64,000 bases of DNA from Podospora anserina (taxonomy: Eukaryota). Made by a program: the position numbers and the translations under genes. The stretch's first letter is position 1. Every line of letters begins with the position of its first letter. The DNA is taken from positions 5,270,001-5,334,000 of the forward strand of contig CM030332.1 in assembly GCA_017654855.1 (NCBI GenBank), in the 5' to 3' direction. Of this stretch, positions 48,601 through 61,700 are shown piece after piece. Under the pieces are notes generated by a model. The model had not been told where the DNA came from. It did no database searches and saw only the letters and a list, made by a program, of their open reading frames with translations.

Positions 48601-49627
48601 TGCCTTTGCTGCCAGCGAATACGCCTCGACTATTGGTCGTGTAGCCAAGCCTTTCAACCCTTTGCTCGGTGAGACGTTTGAGTACGTTAGACCCGACAAG
48701 AACTACCGCTTCTTCATTGAGCAAGTCAGCCATCATCCTCCCATCGGTGCTGCTTGGGCCGAATCGCCCAAGTGGACCTACTACGGTGAATCTTCTGTCA
48801 AGTCAAAGTTTTATGGTCGTTCCTTCGACATCAATCCCCTCGGTACCTGGTTCCTCAAGCTCCGTCCCACCCACGGCGGCAAGGAGGACTTCTACACTTG
48901 GCGCAAGGTCACCTCGTCGGTCGTGGGTATCATGACCGGTAACCCAGTTGTTGACAACTACGGACCAATGGAGATCAAGAACCACACCACGGGTGAAGTC
49001 TGCCACATCGAGTTCAAGGCCCGAGGCTGGAAGGCTTCCAGCGCCTATCTCCTGACAGGCAAGGTGCTGGATGCCAGCGGCCATGTTCGGTTCAGCTTGG
49101 GTGGCAGGTGGAACTCCAAGATCTACGCCCGCTTCACACCAGGGTATGAGGCGACTGTCGAAGAGCCGGCGGGTGGTGACTCCGGGTCTATCTACCGGGG
49201 CAGTCTCACCTCGGCCGACCCCAACAAGGCTTTCCTCATCTGGCAGGCGAATCCCCGCCCTGAAGGCATCCCATTCAACCTCACTCCTTTTGTTCTGACG
49301 TTCAATCACATCGATGATAAGCTTCGCCCATGGATCGCGCCGACTGATTCCCGCCTGAGACCGGATCAGCGCGCGATGGAGGATGGGGAGTACGATTTTG
49401 CCGCTACGGAGAAGAACAGACTGGAGGAGGCGCAGAGAGCGAGGAGAAGGGAGAGGGAGGCCAGGGGGGAGGAGTTTACCCCGGCGTGGTTCAGCAAGGC
49501 GAAGTGTGAGATTACGGGAGAGGAGTATTGGCAGTTTAATGGGGAGTATTGGAAGAGGAGGCAGAAGGCGGGACCGGAAGGGAGTTATGAGGAGGTTTGG
49601 AAGGGTTTGGAGCCCATCTTTGAGTAG
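45656..49627 (+). CDS. osh1: Oxysterol-binding protein, Osh1/Osh2 type (ankyrin-PH-FFAT-ORD), 3 exons
   Basis: Exons 45656-45675, 45800-48377, 48431-49627. Ankyrin [11 protein letters not shown] domain [35 protein letters not shown] signature [18 protein letters not shown]. Confidence 0.95.
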
Positions 49628-50047
49628 AGTCATGAGAGGCTTGGTGGTGGGGAGACCAAAAGGGGGAGGAGCAGGAGAGGTAAGAAGGGGAAGGGTAATG
49701 AGGCTAGGTTTGTGAAGCCGGTTGAGGAGGTAACTGGCAGTGAAGGACAGGAGGTGAAGGGATGAGTTTGGGTATAGCATGATGATGGGGGAGTTTCGGG
49801 GGAAAAGCGAATTGAGGGAGAAGGCATTGAAGGAACCTATATAAACCTGGTTGTTCTGCAGGGGAGTAATACGAATTATTTCAACAATTGCGCCCAGTAC
49901 CTGAGTGTATTATGTGTCAAGTGCAAGAAGCAAAATCAACAATGTGCAGATTATGAACAACGACCGCTGCATTTGAATCAAATGTGGGCAAAAAGAGTCT
50001 AAATGTCTGTGAAACCCCCAGAAGGGAGATGTTTCTAGTGATTCTAA

Positions 50048-50121
50048 CTCCTCCGGGAAGGCTCGAACTTCCAACCTCCTGATTAACAGAAAGACGCGCT
50101 AGCCAATTGCGCCACAGAGGA
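50048..50121 (-). tRNA. Variant tRNA-Asn (GTT) with disrupted anticodon stem; possible pseudogene
   Basis: Identical to the other two copies except GA>TT at tRNA positions 30-31 (window 50091-50090), which breaks two anticodon-stem pairs. A and B boxes intact. Confidence 0.8.
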
Positions 50122-51092
50122 TATTGATTGTTTTCTTGTTGAAAAGGGGGCAAGGAATAAGGCTTTTTGTCGCGTGGATGTGGTGGAGTGAAGTGGAAGC
50201 TGGGGGACCGACTCAGGGGGTTATTGTTTACTTCGGTTGGGTGGGCGACGAGAGGGAGTGACAAATGTGAGCATGCCTGCAGGCTTGGACTTGGGCTGTA
50301 TATATCTATATGTGATGTGCGAGACTTGTACTCGGGTTTACCTACTTGGTATCTGTGGTGTGAGGGAAGGCTTTTGACGAGACTGAGTGAGACAAGAAGA
50401 TCATATATAAACTTGAACCTTGTTGGCAGGAAATATCACTTAAAATTTTTAGCTGTAACAACACGGACACCACCGCGACTGGAAACTGGGTATACAGCAA
50501 ACGTAATTAAACAGTCCGCTCATGAGATCTCTTTCAGACCCACGAGCAAAAAATAATCAGGACAGCCAAGACCCCAAAGTCTCACCCCCCCACCCCCCTC
50601 CCAAATAATCGCACACTATCTTAAAAACTCCCGATGTACTTGACCTGTCTCCTCCATCTCAGATCAAACCTTATTTTATTCACTTGTCGTCTTCTTCCCC
50701 ATCCACACCCGATATACTGTCGTGTCACCCGTCATGGCAACAATCATTTTTTTCTTTGCTGTCCCCTTGATATCCTTCCCCCTCTTTCATAAATTCAAAA
50801 ACCTGTTGGGTATTGTACTCCTACAACGCCCTTCCCTTCTTCCCCAAAACCTTTTTTTGGCCCACGAGGGCAGCTGTTGATACAACCGGTCATGGAAGTG
50901 CCCTGGGCCTTTAAGCCCAAATGAGTGATGCTGTGATTGCGCCGAGTAGAATGCAAAAAGAAAACGCCGAAAAAGAATCAGAAACGATTCCGTGAGAATC
51001 CAAACAGCGCGCCGAGATCATGATGTCTACTGGCGGCGAGCCACATGTGCAGCTCATGTGCTGTACGCTGTGTCGAAGTGGAAGAGTATGAA

Positions 51093-54000
51093 TCAAAGCG
51101 TTACTCCTTCCAAGTTGAGCACCTTGCTCTTATCTCCAAGGAACTCGGAGCGGAACTTGATGATGCCTCGAGCGATAACGTCGAAGTCTCTAACCTTTTG
51201 GGCCTTGTATACCTGAAGAAGCTCACGGAGCCCTTGATTGAACCGAGCTCTTTGTTCGCCGGTGAAGTCTGATTTGCCAAGTTCCAGAAGGATTTGGTCA
51301 TCTGGGGTAAAAAGAAGACCAGTAAGTCAGCGCCGGGAGGGGGGAGGATGGAAAGAAATGAGAGCTCTGATGTTAGCAGCCCGTCAGAACTTGGGGAGAA
51401 CTTACCAAGAATCTTGATGTTGCTAAAGTGCTGGAACTCGCAGTTTTCAGGGCACTGTTGATTGTTCAGTTCATACGGACAGAGCGGCTTTTGCACATCG
51501 ACCCTGCTGCTGTACGTCAAGGATTTGACGCCGTTAGGCACGGTCTGTTCAAACTCGGGATGGAAGCGATAGGCACGGAAAATATGCAGAGGGCTCTTAT
51601 ACGGCATAAAGGCACGGTCCTGCTTCTTGATGGGGTTGCGAGTTTCCTGTCATACTGTCAGCCATGCATCTGAAGAACCCAGAGAAAAGACATGTACTTC
51701 TCCTGTTGCCTCGACTTCGACTTCTTCGACCTCCTCCCGAGGCTGGGCAGCACTCGATATTTGATCAGGTAATGGGACTGGTGGATGCTCCACGTCATTC
51801 ACGTCGCTGTCAACAATGCCGCTAATAATAGATTCCGCTGTGGTTGGACTGGGCGCTTCAGAATCAATCTCCATGGGCGTCGTTTCATCGACTTCTTGGT
51901 TAGTAGAGGGCTGAGGTGTCTCAAGGACTGCAGCTGGAGCACTCTCATCATCTGCTCGGACATCTGGATTACTGTTGGGTAGAGAGCCTTCCACAGATTG
52001 GCGGCTCTCTGGCTCGCCACCGTCCACAGACATGACGCTTTGGGCTTGTGCCAAGTCACTGCTGCTGGGATACTGGGAACCGCTGGAGCTTGGTGTGTCG
52101 CTGCTGAGAGCTTGCTTGGGTTCATCGGCTTGTTGGGGCGGAATATCTGTCTGTGACGGCTCACCTGAAGTTTTGACTTCATCAACTGAGACTGCCTCTG
52201 TCACCTGCGCATCGTCAGGAGCCAGAGACGCACCAGAAGATGAGAGCCCCTCGACATCAGCCGATGCTACCCCTTGCGGCGGAGGCACTTCTATTACATA
52301 TTAGTTGTTCGTCTAGACTACGAAGTCATATAAATCATGAAATTAAGTACCTGTCCTATCATCTCCAGAGTTGAGCCCGCTATCTTGGGGCGCCTCTCTG
52401 TCAGATGGCGTGCTGACCTGGTCCGACTGGGCAGCCAGCATCTCCTTCTCAATCTCCGCTTGTAGCAACGCCTCCTCTGCACGTAGCTGCTCCAGACGCC
52501 GCCGTTTCTCTTCAAGGGCAGCAAGGCGGCCGTGCTGTGCGGCTTTCTGTGCCGGGTTAGAAGTTGCGGTATCTGAAGCCTTGGGAGGCCTAATCGACGT
52601 GGCTTCCGGGGTGGGCTGAGGAGTTGGCCTGTCTGACTGAGCAGGGCTACTCAAGACAGGAGTGCCAGCATTCTTAGGTTCTGGTGTTTGGCCTGACTGA
52701 GTCTGTGCCCGCGAACCTGCCTGGGGCAATTTCGCTTTCCGCTTTGCTTCAGCCAACGCAATCATCCTTCGCATTTCCTGAATCTCTCTCTCCTTGATGG
52801 TGAGTTCAGTGTGACGTTTTCCTCCCAAGGCTGGGCCAGTTAGTGGTGTGTGCAAAGGGGTTGTAGAAGTTAACAATTGTCGCTGTGGGAGGTTTGTCAA
52901 TGGAGGGAAATCGCGAATGGATGGCCCACGTGATGCAGTCGGACCATCTTTCGACTGCATCGATGATGGCTCGTCAGTGGGAGAGCCCATATCCATGTCC
53001 ATCTCTTCATCGTCCGAAACGTCGCTAACGTCAATGATGAGAGAGGCTTCCTGGCGTAACTGGCCAAACGGCCGCTTTGTTGATCCAGCAGCGGATGGGT
53101 AGTCAACGAAATCAGCAGCGACCGGTCGCTTGCGCTGACTTGCCGTGTTGAGCTGAACGTTGGCAGATCCAACGATGCCAGGAATGGGTGGTGTTGGCAG
53201 GCCACTAGTCTGAACAGCGAGGGGGCCTGGCTGGGAACTGGCAAAATTCAAGGTCATGCATGAGGTGCCGGCAGGTTGGTGTTGCGGTGTAGCAACCGTA
53301 GCAGTATTCACAGGAGTTTGAGAACCTGCCTTTCCAGCTCCAGACGCTTGCGCCTCTCGAGCCTTCTGCAAGGCTGCGATCTTCTCCTGGAGGATGCGTT
53401 CTTTTTCTCCTCGAATCTTGGCTTTCGGTCCCGTAGGCGGGGTAGGCTTCGGTGCTTCAGCCGGAGCTGGTGCTGGCGCTGGCGATGGCGCTGCCGCTGG
53501 GTTTGGTGGTACAACTGCGGGCTTTGGGGGAACGACAGCCGGCCCTTTTGCAGCCTTGGCGGCGAGGAGACGAGCAATGCGATCCTTACGCTCTTCCCCT
53601 TTACTCTTGGTTACTGGCCCCGCCGTATCCTTGGACTCAGGTTGTGTCCCTTGTGCTTGGGCCGTCGTGGGACTATCCGCACTTGCGCCTGGCGACCGGA
53701 CAGTCTGTGCTTCCGCCTTTGCCTTCTCTACAACAGGCTTGGGCAGTTCAAGATGAAGATCTCCAAACAAGGATTTGATCACCTTCTCATCAAACCCTTC
53801 GTCGAGATAGGTTTGATATTTGACTCCAAGGGCCCACAACCGTAGGATTGCTTTTTGGGCCTCCTTCTTGGCTTCTGGCACCGATTTGAAGGTGTCCAAA
53901 TAGTTGGCGGGACTTTCTGGAGTGCCGTTGGCATTCGGAACCGTGGACGACTGTGGCTGCAGGCCGGGCAAGCCAACATTTGTCACAGGCGGGACGGTTT

Positions 54001-54854
54001 CTGAAGGGTTGTTGGACTGTGGTTTTACGACATTGGAAGGCCTGGCTCCTTGGGATTGGGATGCGGGGGTTTCGTTCGAGCTTTCTCTGGGTGATAGGAA
54101 TGGAGAGTAGGACGCGGACCTATCGCGAGCTGCAAGGATTTTGTTAGCGACCTCTTGTGGCATTACAAAGGCATAACTTACAGGCAGTACCATTGGCCTT
54201 GGACCCAGTCTCACCTTCGTCTTCATCATTGCCATAGAAGCCACCCTCCGGTGTATCAGACGCACTGGTGGGTTGACTGGCGACTGTACTCGGGACAGCG
54301 CTTGGCTGTGTGACAGGAAGCTTTTTGGCAGTCTGTTTCGGGGGGCTGGCCGGCGGTGGTGACTTTTGCGTATCATCATAAAGATCCTCAAACTGGCCCT
54401 CACTCAACTCGCCTTCCTCCATCTCGATGCTGACGGCCACTTGGGCAGCGGGTGCTACAGGTTGTGGGGCCTTTGTGCCAGGAATTACGGTTTGCTGGGC
54501 AGAATGAAGGTTTGGAATGGTGGGCGTGTATAAAACTGGCAACGGCTGTCCCCATGGATTTGTTGGTGGAGGTGCGGCTGGGAAAGCATTGCCCATAGCG
54601 CTGTTTGCTCCCATCCCAAGACCAGGTATGTTGCTCGCGTTGTAGTTGAAAGAGCCTTGAGCTGCATTCTGGTGGGCTTCGGGCGGCGGCGGGAAGGCAC
54701 TCGGAGCACCGTATGTCGGCGGCGGAGGAAAGGGTGGTGCAGGGTAGGCAGTGGGGGGTTGGTAACCGTACGGAGACTGCGCCGCTGGAGGGGGAGCGGG
54801 ATGGCCCTGATATTGATTGTATGGCCATGGAGTAAAGCCTGGATACTGTGACAT
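51093..54854 (-). CDS. red1: Red1/ZFC3H1-like nuclear exosome-targeting scaffold with C3H1 zinc finger (5 exons)
   Basis: Exons 54854-54182, 54129-52351, 52290-51698, 51646-51406, 51301-51093, all GT-AG and in frame. YKSPL..FRAYRFHP followed by PLCPYELNNQQCPENCEFQH zinc finger; N-terminal EEGEL motif; coiled coils; Pro-rich disorder. Confidence 0.75.
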
Positions 54855-55510
54855 TGTGAATATTTACCAGCAGGCCAAGTTTGTTGGACGCGCGCCGGAT
54901 TGATTGCCCTGATCAATACTCGAGAGTTCGGGGAGAGCTGGCGAGAATTGAGACTTGCACAGCTGCAAACTTCGGCCGACGGCGGGTGGCGGCGTCTATT
55001 ACGAATATCGAACCTGAAGCGATAAAATATTTATCTATCCTCAGAACGAATGAAGCAAGCAATGCTTCAAGGACGCGCGGAAAGTTCAGCGTAAGCCGAT
55101 GCAGAATTGATTATGGCGATCTTTTTTTCGCCGGATGCGCGTTGCCTCCTGACAGTGGCAGAAAAGGAACGGGGGGGCCGCACGAAATTCCCAAGAGACA
55201 GCAACCGAATGAGTCGAGAACACGCTTAGGCCTTGATTGGCTAGTGGCTATTACGACGAAGCACAGACCACATCTATACTGGAGTGACTTGGTGACATCA
55301 GAGGGCACAGGCTACCATTCGGTCTAAGCTTCAGCTTGGCTCGAGCTTTGTTTACTCTGGACCGGTCTGCTAGGGGCAACGCGACTGCCATCAGGCCTCA
55401 AGGGCAATAAATCGCAACAAACACCAGAATCAAGTCCCCTCCTTTCACCACCACTTGCTGCAGGCACGATCCCAAGCTAGGTACCCGCTACTCTAGCACC
55501 TGCGTGCTTG

Positions 55511-55531
55511 CTTGCATCTTGCATCTTGCAT
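55511..55531 (+). repeat. Tandem (CTTGCAT)x3 upstream of myosin II
   Basis: Three exact 7-nt copies visible. Confidence 0.9.
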
Positions 55532-55717
55532 CTTTTCTCTTTCTCTTTCTCTCTTAAAAGAACCTGTTTGCTTTTTCCACCTGCAATTCTTTTTGCATCC
55601 AGGGTCTTTTTCAAAGCTCCCTTGTTTACATGACGGAACGGCGGTTAATAGCAGCAGAACTACAAAATTGCTAAACGGAAGAATCCCATGTATCTTTGAT
55701 ATCTTCATAACATCACC

Positions 55718-58700
55718 ATGTCGGTTCGCAACAATCCGTTCGCGAGGAATGCCTCACCTTCGACAGGTTCGAATGGGCCAGGCGGTGGGCCAGGCAGACC
55801 AAAATCGACACTTATCCCCTCATCGCACTCTCCATTCTCGGGAATGGCCTCCCCACCCTCTCACGTCCGCACTCAGTCACAAAACTCGGTTGCGTCAACC
55901 ATGGCGCAGCCAATGCCCCTCCGCACCGCCAATAGTCATGCTCGTCTACTTTCTAGGGACGCCAGCACCGCGAGCTCGAGCTCGGGCACATTCGCCCCAT
56001 CATTTATCAAGACGGATGACTTGAGAAAACCCACCGACATTGTCAAGGGAATTGAAGGGGAGAATGACTTTTCTGGCAAGAAATACGTGTGGCTTAAGGA
56101 TCCACAGACGGCTTTTGTCAAGGGCTGGGTAGTCGAGGAGCTGCCAGGGAACAAGATACTGGTTCAGTGCGATGATGGGAGTGTGAGTATTTGTCCCTAT
56201 CATTCTGGCTGGTACAAACTGACCACCGCGATCTAGCAACGAGAGGTCGACGCAGAAAGCGTCGACAAAGTCAACCCCGCCAAGTTCGACAAGGCTAACG
56301 ACATGGCCGAGCTGACGCACCTGAACGAGGCATCCGTCGTCCACAACCTCCACATGCGCTACATGTCCGATCTCATCTATACCTACTCTGGCCTGTTCTT
56401 GGTCACAGTCAACCCCTACACCCCACTCCCCATCTACACGAATGAATACATCAACATGTACAAGGGCCGAAACCGGGAGGATAATAAGCCCCATATCTAC
56501 GCCATGGCCGACGAGGCCTTTCGAAATCTGGTGGATGACAATGAGAACCAGAGTATTCTTGTGACTGGTGAATCAGGTGCAGGAAAGACGGAAAACACCA
56601 AAAAGGTCATCCAGTACCTTGCTGCTGTTGCAAGGTTGGACTCGACGGCAAAGAGCAGGGAGCAGCAGCATTCTACCCTTTCGGCTCAGATTCTGAGGGC
56701 CAATCCCATTCTGGAAGCTTTTGGAAACGCTCAGACTGTGAGGAATAACAACTCGTCGCGATTCGGCAAGTTTATCCGGATCGAGTTCAATCGGAATGGG
56801 TCGATTGCTGGTGCCTTCATTGACTGGTATTTACTTGAGAAGTCCCGAGTCGTGAGGATCAACTCTCAGGAGCGGAATTATCACGTTTTCTATCAGTTGC
56901 TCAAGGGCGCTGATAGGAGGCTCAAGCAAGAGTTCCTGCTGGATGGGCTTGATGTGGAGGACTTTGCTTATACCAGGGAGGGTCAGGATACTATCTCCGG
57001 TGTGTCGGACCGCGACGAGTGGAACTCGCTGCTGGAGGCGTTTGGGGTTATGGGGTTTGATGAAAGCGAGCAGGCGGCCATTCTGAGGACCATTGCGGCG
57101 GTGCTCCATCTGGGTAATCTGAATGTTGTCAAGGAGAGCAGGTCTGCGGACCAGGCTAGACTGGCACCGGACGGGAAGGAGGTTGCGGCCAAGGTTTGCA
57201 AACTGCTAGGTGTGCCGTTGCAGCCTTTCTTGCAGGGGTTACTGCACCCCAAGGTCAAGGCAGGAAGAGAATGGGTTGAGAAGGTGCAGACTCCGGAGCA
57301 GGTTCGGTTCAGTATCGATGCTCTGGCGAAGGGCATCTACGAGCGAGGCTTCGGGGACCTGGTCACGAGAATCAACCGGCAGCTTGACCGGCCTGGGATG
57401 GGGCTGGATGATACCAGGTTCATTGGCGTGCTGGATATTGCTGGTTTTGAGATTTTTGAGCACAACAGTTTCGAGCAACTGTGTATCAACTACACGAACG
57501 AGAAGCTGCAGCAGTTTTTCAACCACCACATGTTTGTCCTTGAGCAGGAGGAGTACGCCAGAGAAAAGATTGAGTGGCAGTTTATCGACTTTGGGAAGGA
57601 TCTACAGCCGACGATTGATTTGATTGAGCTGCCGAACCCGATTGGTATTTTCAGCTGCTTGGATGAGGACTGTGTCATGCCCAAGGCGACGGACAAGACC
57701 TTTTCGGAGAAGCTGAACTCTTTGTGGGATAAGAAGTCACAAAAGTATCGGCCTTCGAGGTTGGGACAGGGGTTCATCTTGACGCATTATGCTGCCGAGG
57801 TGGAGTATTCGACCGAGGGGTGGCTGGAGAAGAACAAGGACCCGATGAACGACAATGTGACTAGGTTGCTGGCTGCTTCGACCGATAAGCATGTCGCGAA
57901 TCTGTTTGCGGACTGCGCCGATCAGGATGATGAGGTGGGAGGGATGAGGAGCAGGGTGAAGAAGGGCTTGTTTAGGACTGTTGCTCAGAGGCACAAAGAG
58001 CAGCTGTCTAGCCTGATGGCGCAGCTGCATTCGACGCACCCGCACTTTGTGAGGTGTATCCTGCCGAACCACAAGAAGAAGGCGAAGCAGTTTAATGGGT
58101 TGTTGGTGCTGGATCAGCTGAGGTGTAATGGTGTGTTGGAGGGCATCAGGATCGCGAGGACGGGGTTTCCCAATCGGTTGGCCTTTGCGGAATTTCGCCA
58201 GCGTTATGAGGTTCTCGTGAGAGACTTGCCGAAGGGGTATTTGGAGGGGCAGGCGGTGGCGAGGTTGATGCTGGACAAGTTTGGGTTGGACAGGTCGCTT
58301 TACCGGGTTGGGCTGACGAAGGTTTTCTTCCGGGCGGGGGTGCTGGCCGAGCTGGAGGAGAAGAGAGACGCGCTGATTTCGGAGATCATGGCGCGATTTC
58401 AGAGCGTGGCGAGGGGGTACATGCAGAGGAGGATTGCGTTTAAGCGGTTGTATCGGGCGGAGGCGACGAGGGTGATCCAGAGGAATTTCCAGGTGTATTT
58501 GGACCTTTGTGAGAACCCTTGGTGGCAGTTGCTGGTGAGGATGAAGCCGCTTTTGGGCGCGACAAGGACGGCGACGGAGGTGAAGAAGAGGGATGAGATG
58601 ATCAAGCAGCTGCATGACAAGATGAAGTTGGAACTGGAGAATCGCCAGAAGCTAGAGGAGGAGAGGAGGAATGTTCATGCGGAGCTCAACAAGATTCAGC

Positions 58701-61700
58701 AGGTGCTTGAGAGTGAAAGATCGCTTGCGCTGGATAAGGAGGAGATCTTCAAGCGGCTGCAGATGAGGGAGGCGGAGCTGGAGGACAAATTGGCTGGTGC
58801 TCTGGATGATCAGGAGAGATTGGAGGACCAGCTTGATAGTCTTCTTGACGCCAAGAAGCGGGCCGAGGAGGATGTGAACAGCTATCGTGCTCAGCTGGAG
58901 CAGGCAGCTGGTCTCATTTCTAGGCTGGAGGCTGAGAAATCGGAGCTTGCGGCAAAGGTGGCTGATCTGGAGAAGTCCATTGACGAGATCGCCAAGAAGC
59001 AGTCTGAACGCAGCGCACAGGAGGCGGCTTTGGAGGATGAGGTCAAGATGCTGCAGAGCCAGCTCTCACTCAAGGATAGGAAGGTGCGGGATATGGAGAG
59101 CAAGCTTCTCAAGGCTGATCAGGATCTCGATATTAAGCTGCGGACTGTCGAAAAGGAGCTTCAGACTTCACGAACCAAGAACTCGCAGCTCAGTGCTGAG
59201 AACCGGGAGATTCAACAGCAACTTGCGCAATTGTCCAAGACTTCTACCGACTATGAAGACTTGGTGCGCAAGAAGGAGAGCGAGCTGGCGTTGCTTCGTT
59301 CGGACAATAAGAAGTACGAAATGGAGCGGCGTAGTCTTGAAGATCAGCGCAAGACCCTCAGCGCCGAGAGGGAAAAGACCGCCGAGCGTCTTCGTGACAT
59401 TCAGGCGGAACTCACTGCGGTGAGGGCTCAACAAGACCAGCTCAAGCGAGAGGCTGCAGATGCCAACAAGCTTCTCCAGGCTCGGCTCTCGGAGGATGCC
59501 CAGGCTGATGAGAACCGTCAACTTCTCGAGGCACAGGTCAAGGACTTGAAGGATGAACTTTACAAGGTTCAAATGGAACTTAGTAGAGAACGTCAGTCCC
59601 GCGACGATGTTGCCCTTCTTGGCGAGCACAAATACAATACCCTGAAGGAGGAGTACGACCACCTTAATGAGTCCAAGATCACGATTGAGAAGGAGCTCTA
59701 TGCTCAGCAGGACACTCTTCGCCGTATGATGGAGACGCGGGCTGCTGCTGAGAAGGAGCGCGATGAAGCCAGGCAAGAAATCCGAGCTCTTCGTGTGGCC
59801 AAGACGCAGGCTGAGGAAGCTCGCCGGGAAGCAGAGATTATCGGTGAAAGGGCTGCTTCCAAGATTGCCCGTGAAAAGGAGGAGAGCCTGCGCAAGGCTC
59901 TGGAGTCTGCCAGCAACAGGGTGAACTCCTTGGAGGAGCAAGTCGCCGACCTGACCTACCAGATTGAGGATCTCAACAAGGTGATTCTTGAGTCTGGAGA
60001 GTTTGGACTGAAGAATGACCAGGCCAAGGAGCGGTTGGAACGCGAGCTTGTTACTGTCAAGGGTCGGTTGGCTGCTTCGGAAAATGACAACAAGGCTTTG
60101 CTCAATAAGCTGCAACAGAAGGGGCTAGAGATTGCGAGGTCTAGCTCGAGGGCGAGCGAGGCTTCCAGAGGCCAGATCATGGGTCTTCAGCGGGAAAAGG
60201 CCAGGCTGGAGGAGCAGAACGCGAAGCTCAATAAGCAGCTTGGTGACTCGCAGGTTACCATCGCGTCTTTGGAGAAGAGACTGGAGAAGCTGCAGCTCAG
60301 CTTGGAGGATCTCAACCATGAGGTGGCCAGGGAGGTGCAGAACAGTCGCGCTGCGGAAAAGGCTTCGTCGAGTGCCACCGCGCAACTTGCTGAGGCGAAT
60401 CGGACTATTGAGTCTGAACGGCAGCTCCGCACACACGCTCAGGGCACAGTCCGCACTTTACAGCAGACACTGGATTCTCGCGACATTGAGCTTGCTGATC
60501 TCCGCGGACAATTGTTGGATGCGCTCAAGATTGTTGACCCTGAGTTTGTGCCTACGATTCAGTCTGAGGGCGGTGCCGACAAGTTCCTCAGCAAGAATCT
60601 TGATCTGGCTCGCAAGATTGAGGAGCTCCAGCAGAATCTCCGGGTCCAGACTGCAGCTCGCGCTAACGCCGAGGCTCATGTTGTAGAGTTGAGAGCAGCT
60701 AGGGCTGAGTCTCCGACTAGAACTCGCCATGGGGAATTCAACCCTAACGAACCCGTCTTTGAGCCTGGCTCACCGGAACAGAAGCGGTCCAGACCTAACG
60801 GCCGTCACTATTCCGGTGCATCTACTCCTCCTCGCCGCTTCGCCACGGTCGAGACTGACCATCTCGACTCGGTCAAGTCTGACAAGACAGCTGACATTCT
60901 CAGCTTCAACAACCGCCAGGACCTCAAGGCTGAGGTTGAGGAGCTGCAAAACCAGCTGCAGATTGCGCACATGCAGAACAGGCACTTGCAGAGCCAGCTT
61001 GAGCGGTCTGTGCCGGATCCCCAGGCTACTGTTGATGAGAGTGGCCGTGTTCAAAAGCTGGAGCAGATGAACAGCAAGCTGCACCATATGCTTGATGAGT
61101 CTTCGCAGAAGGTGTCTGCGCTTGAAAAGGCGCTTCATGCCGGTGAGCTTTCTCTCCGCGACATCCAGACTAGATCTCACGAGGAGATTCTGGATCTGTT
61201 GCATAGCCAAGAGGACTCCCGCCGCCGTCTCCTGTCTGATCACAATGATGCCATTGGGGAATTGGCCCATATCAAGGAGCACTTTGAGAGACTCAGACAC
61301 GACAGGGCCAAGATCGAACTCGATCTCCGCGATGCCAAGTCCGACCTTCAGGAGATGTCACTTGCGCGCGAGCAGGAAGCCGCCAGCCGAAACCAGCTGC
61401 TGCAGGAGTTTGCTGACTTGCAGATCCGCTTGGACTCTGAGACCAGCAAACTGGCTGATGTTGCTGCCAACTTGCAGTTGTACAAGGGTCGTGCGGATGA
61501 GTACTTTGCCAAACTTGAGAACGCCGAGATTGCTGTGCTCAAGGCTACCAGGGCCGAGCAGTTTGCCAAGGCGCAAGCAAAGGATGCGGAGGATGCTTGT
61601 GCTGAGATGATGTCTGAAAGGAAGAGGCTCGACGGCACCATTGAGGATCTTCAGCTCCAGAATCAACGCTTGGAGGAGAAGATCGAAGACATGTCGACCG

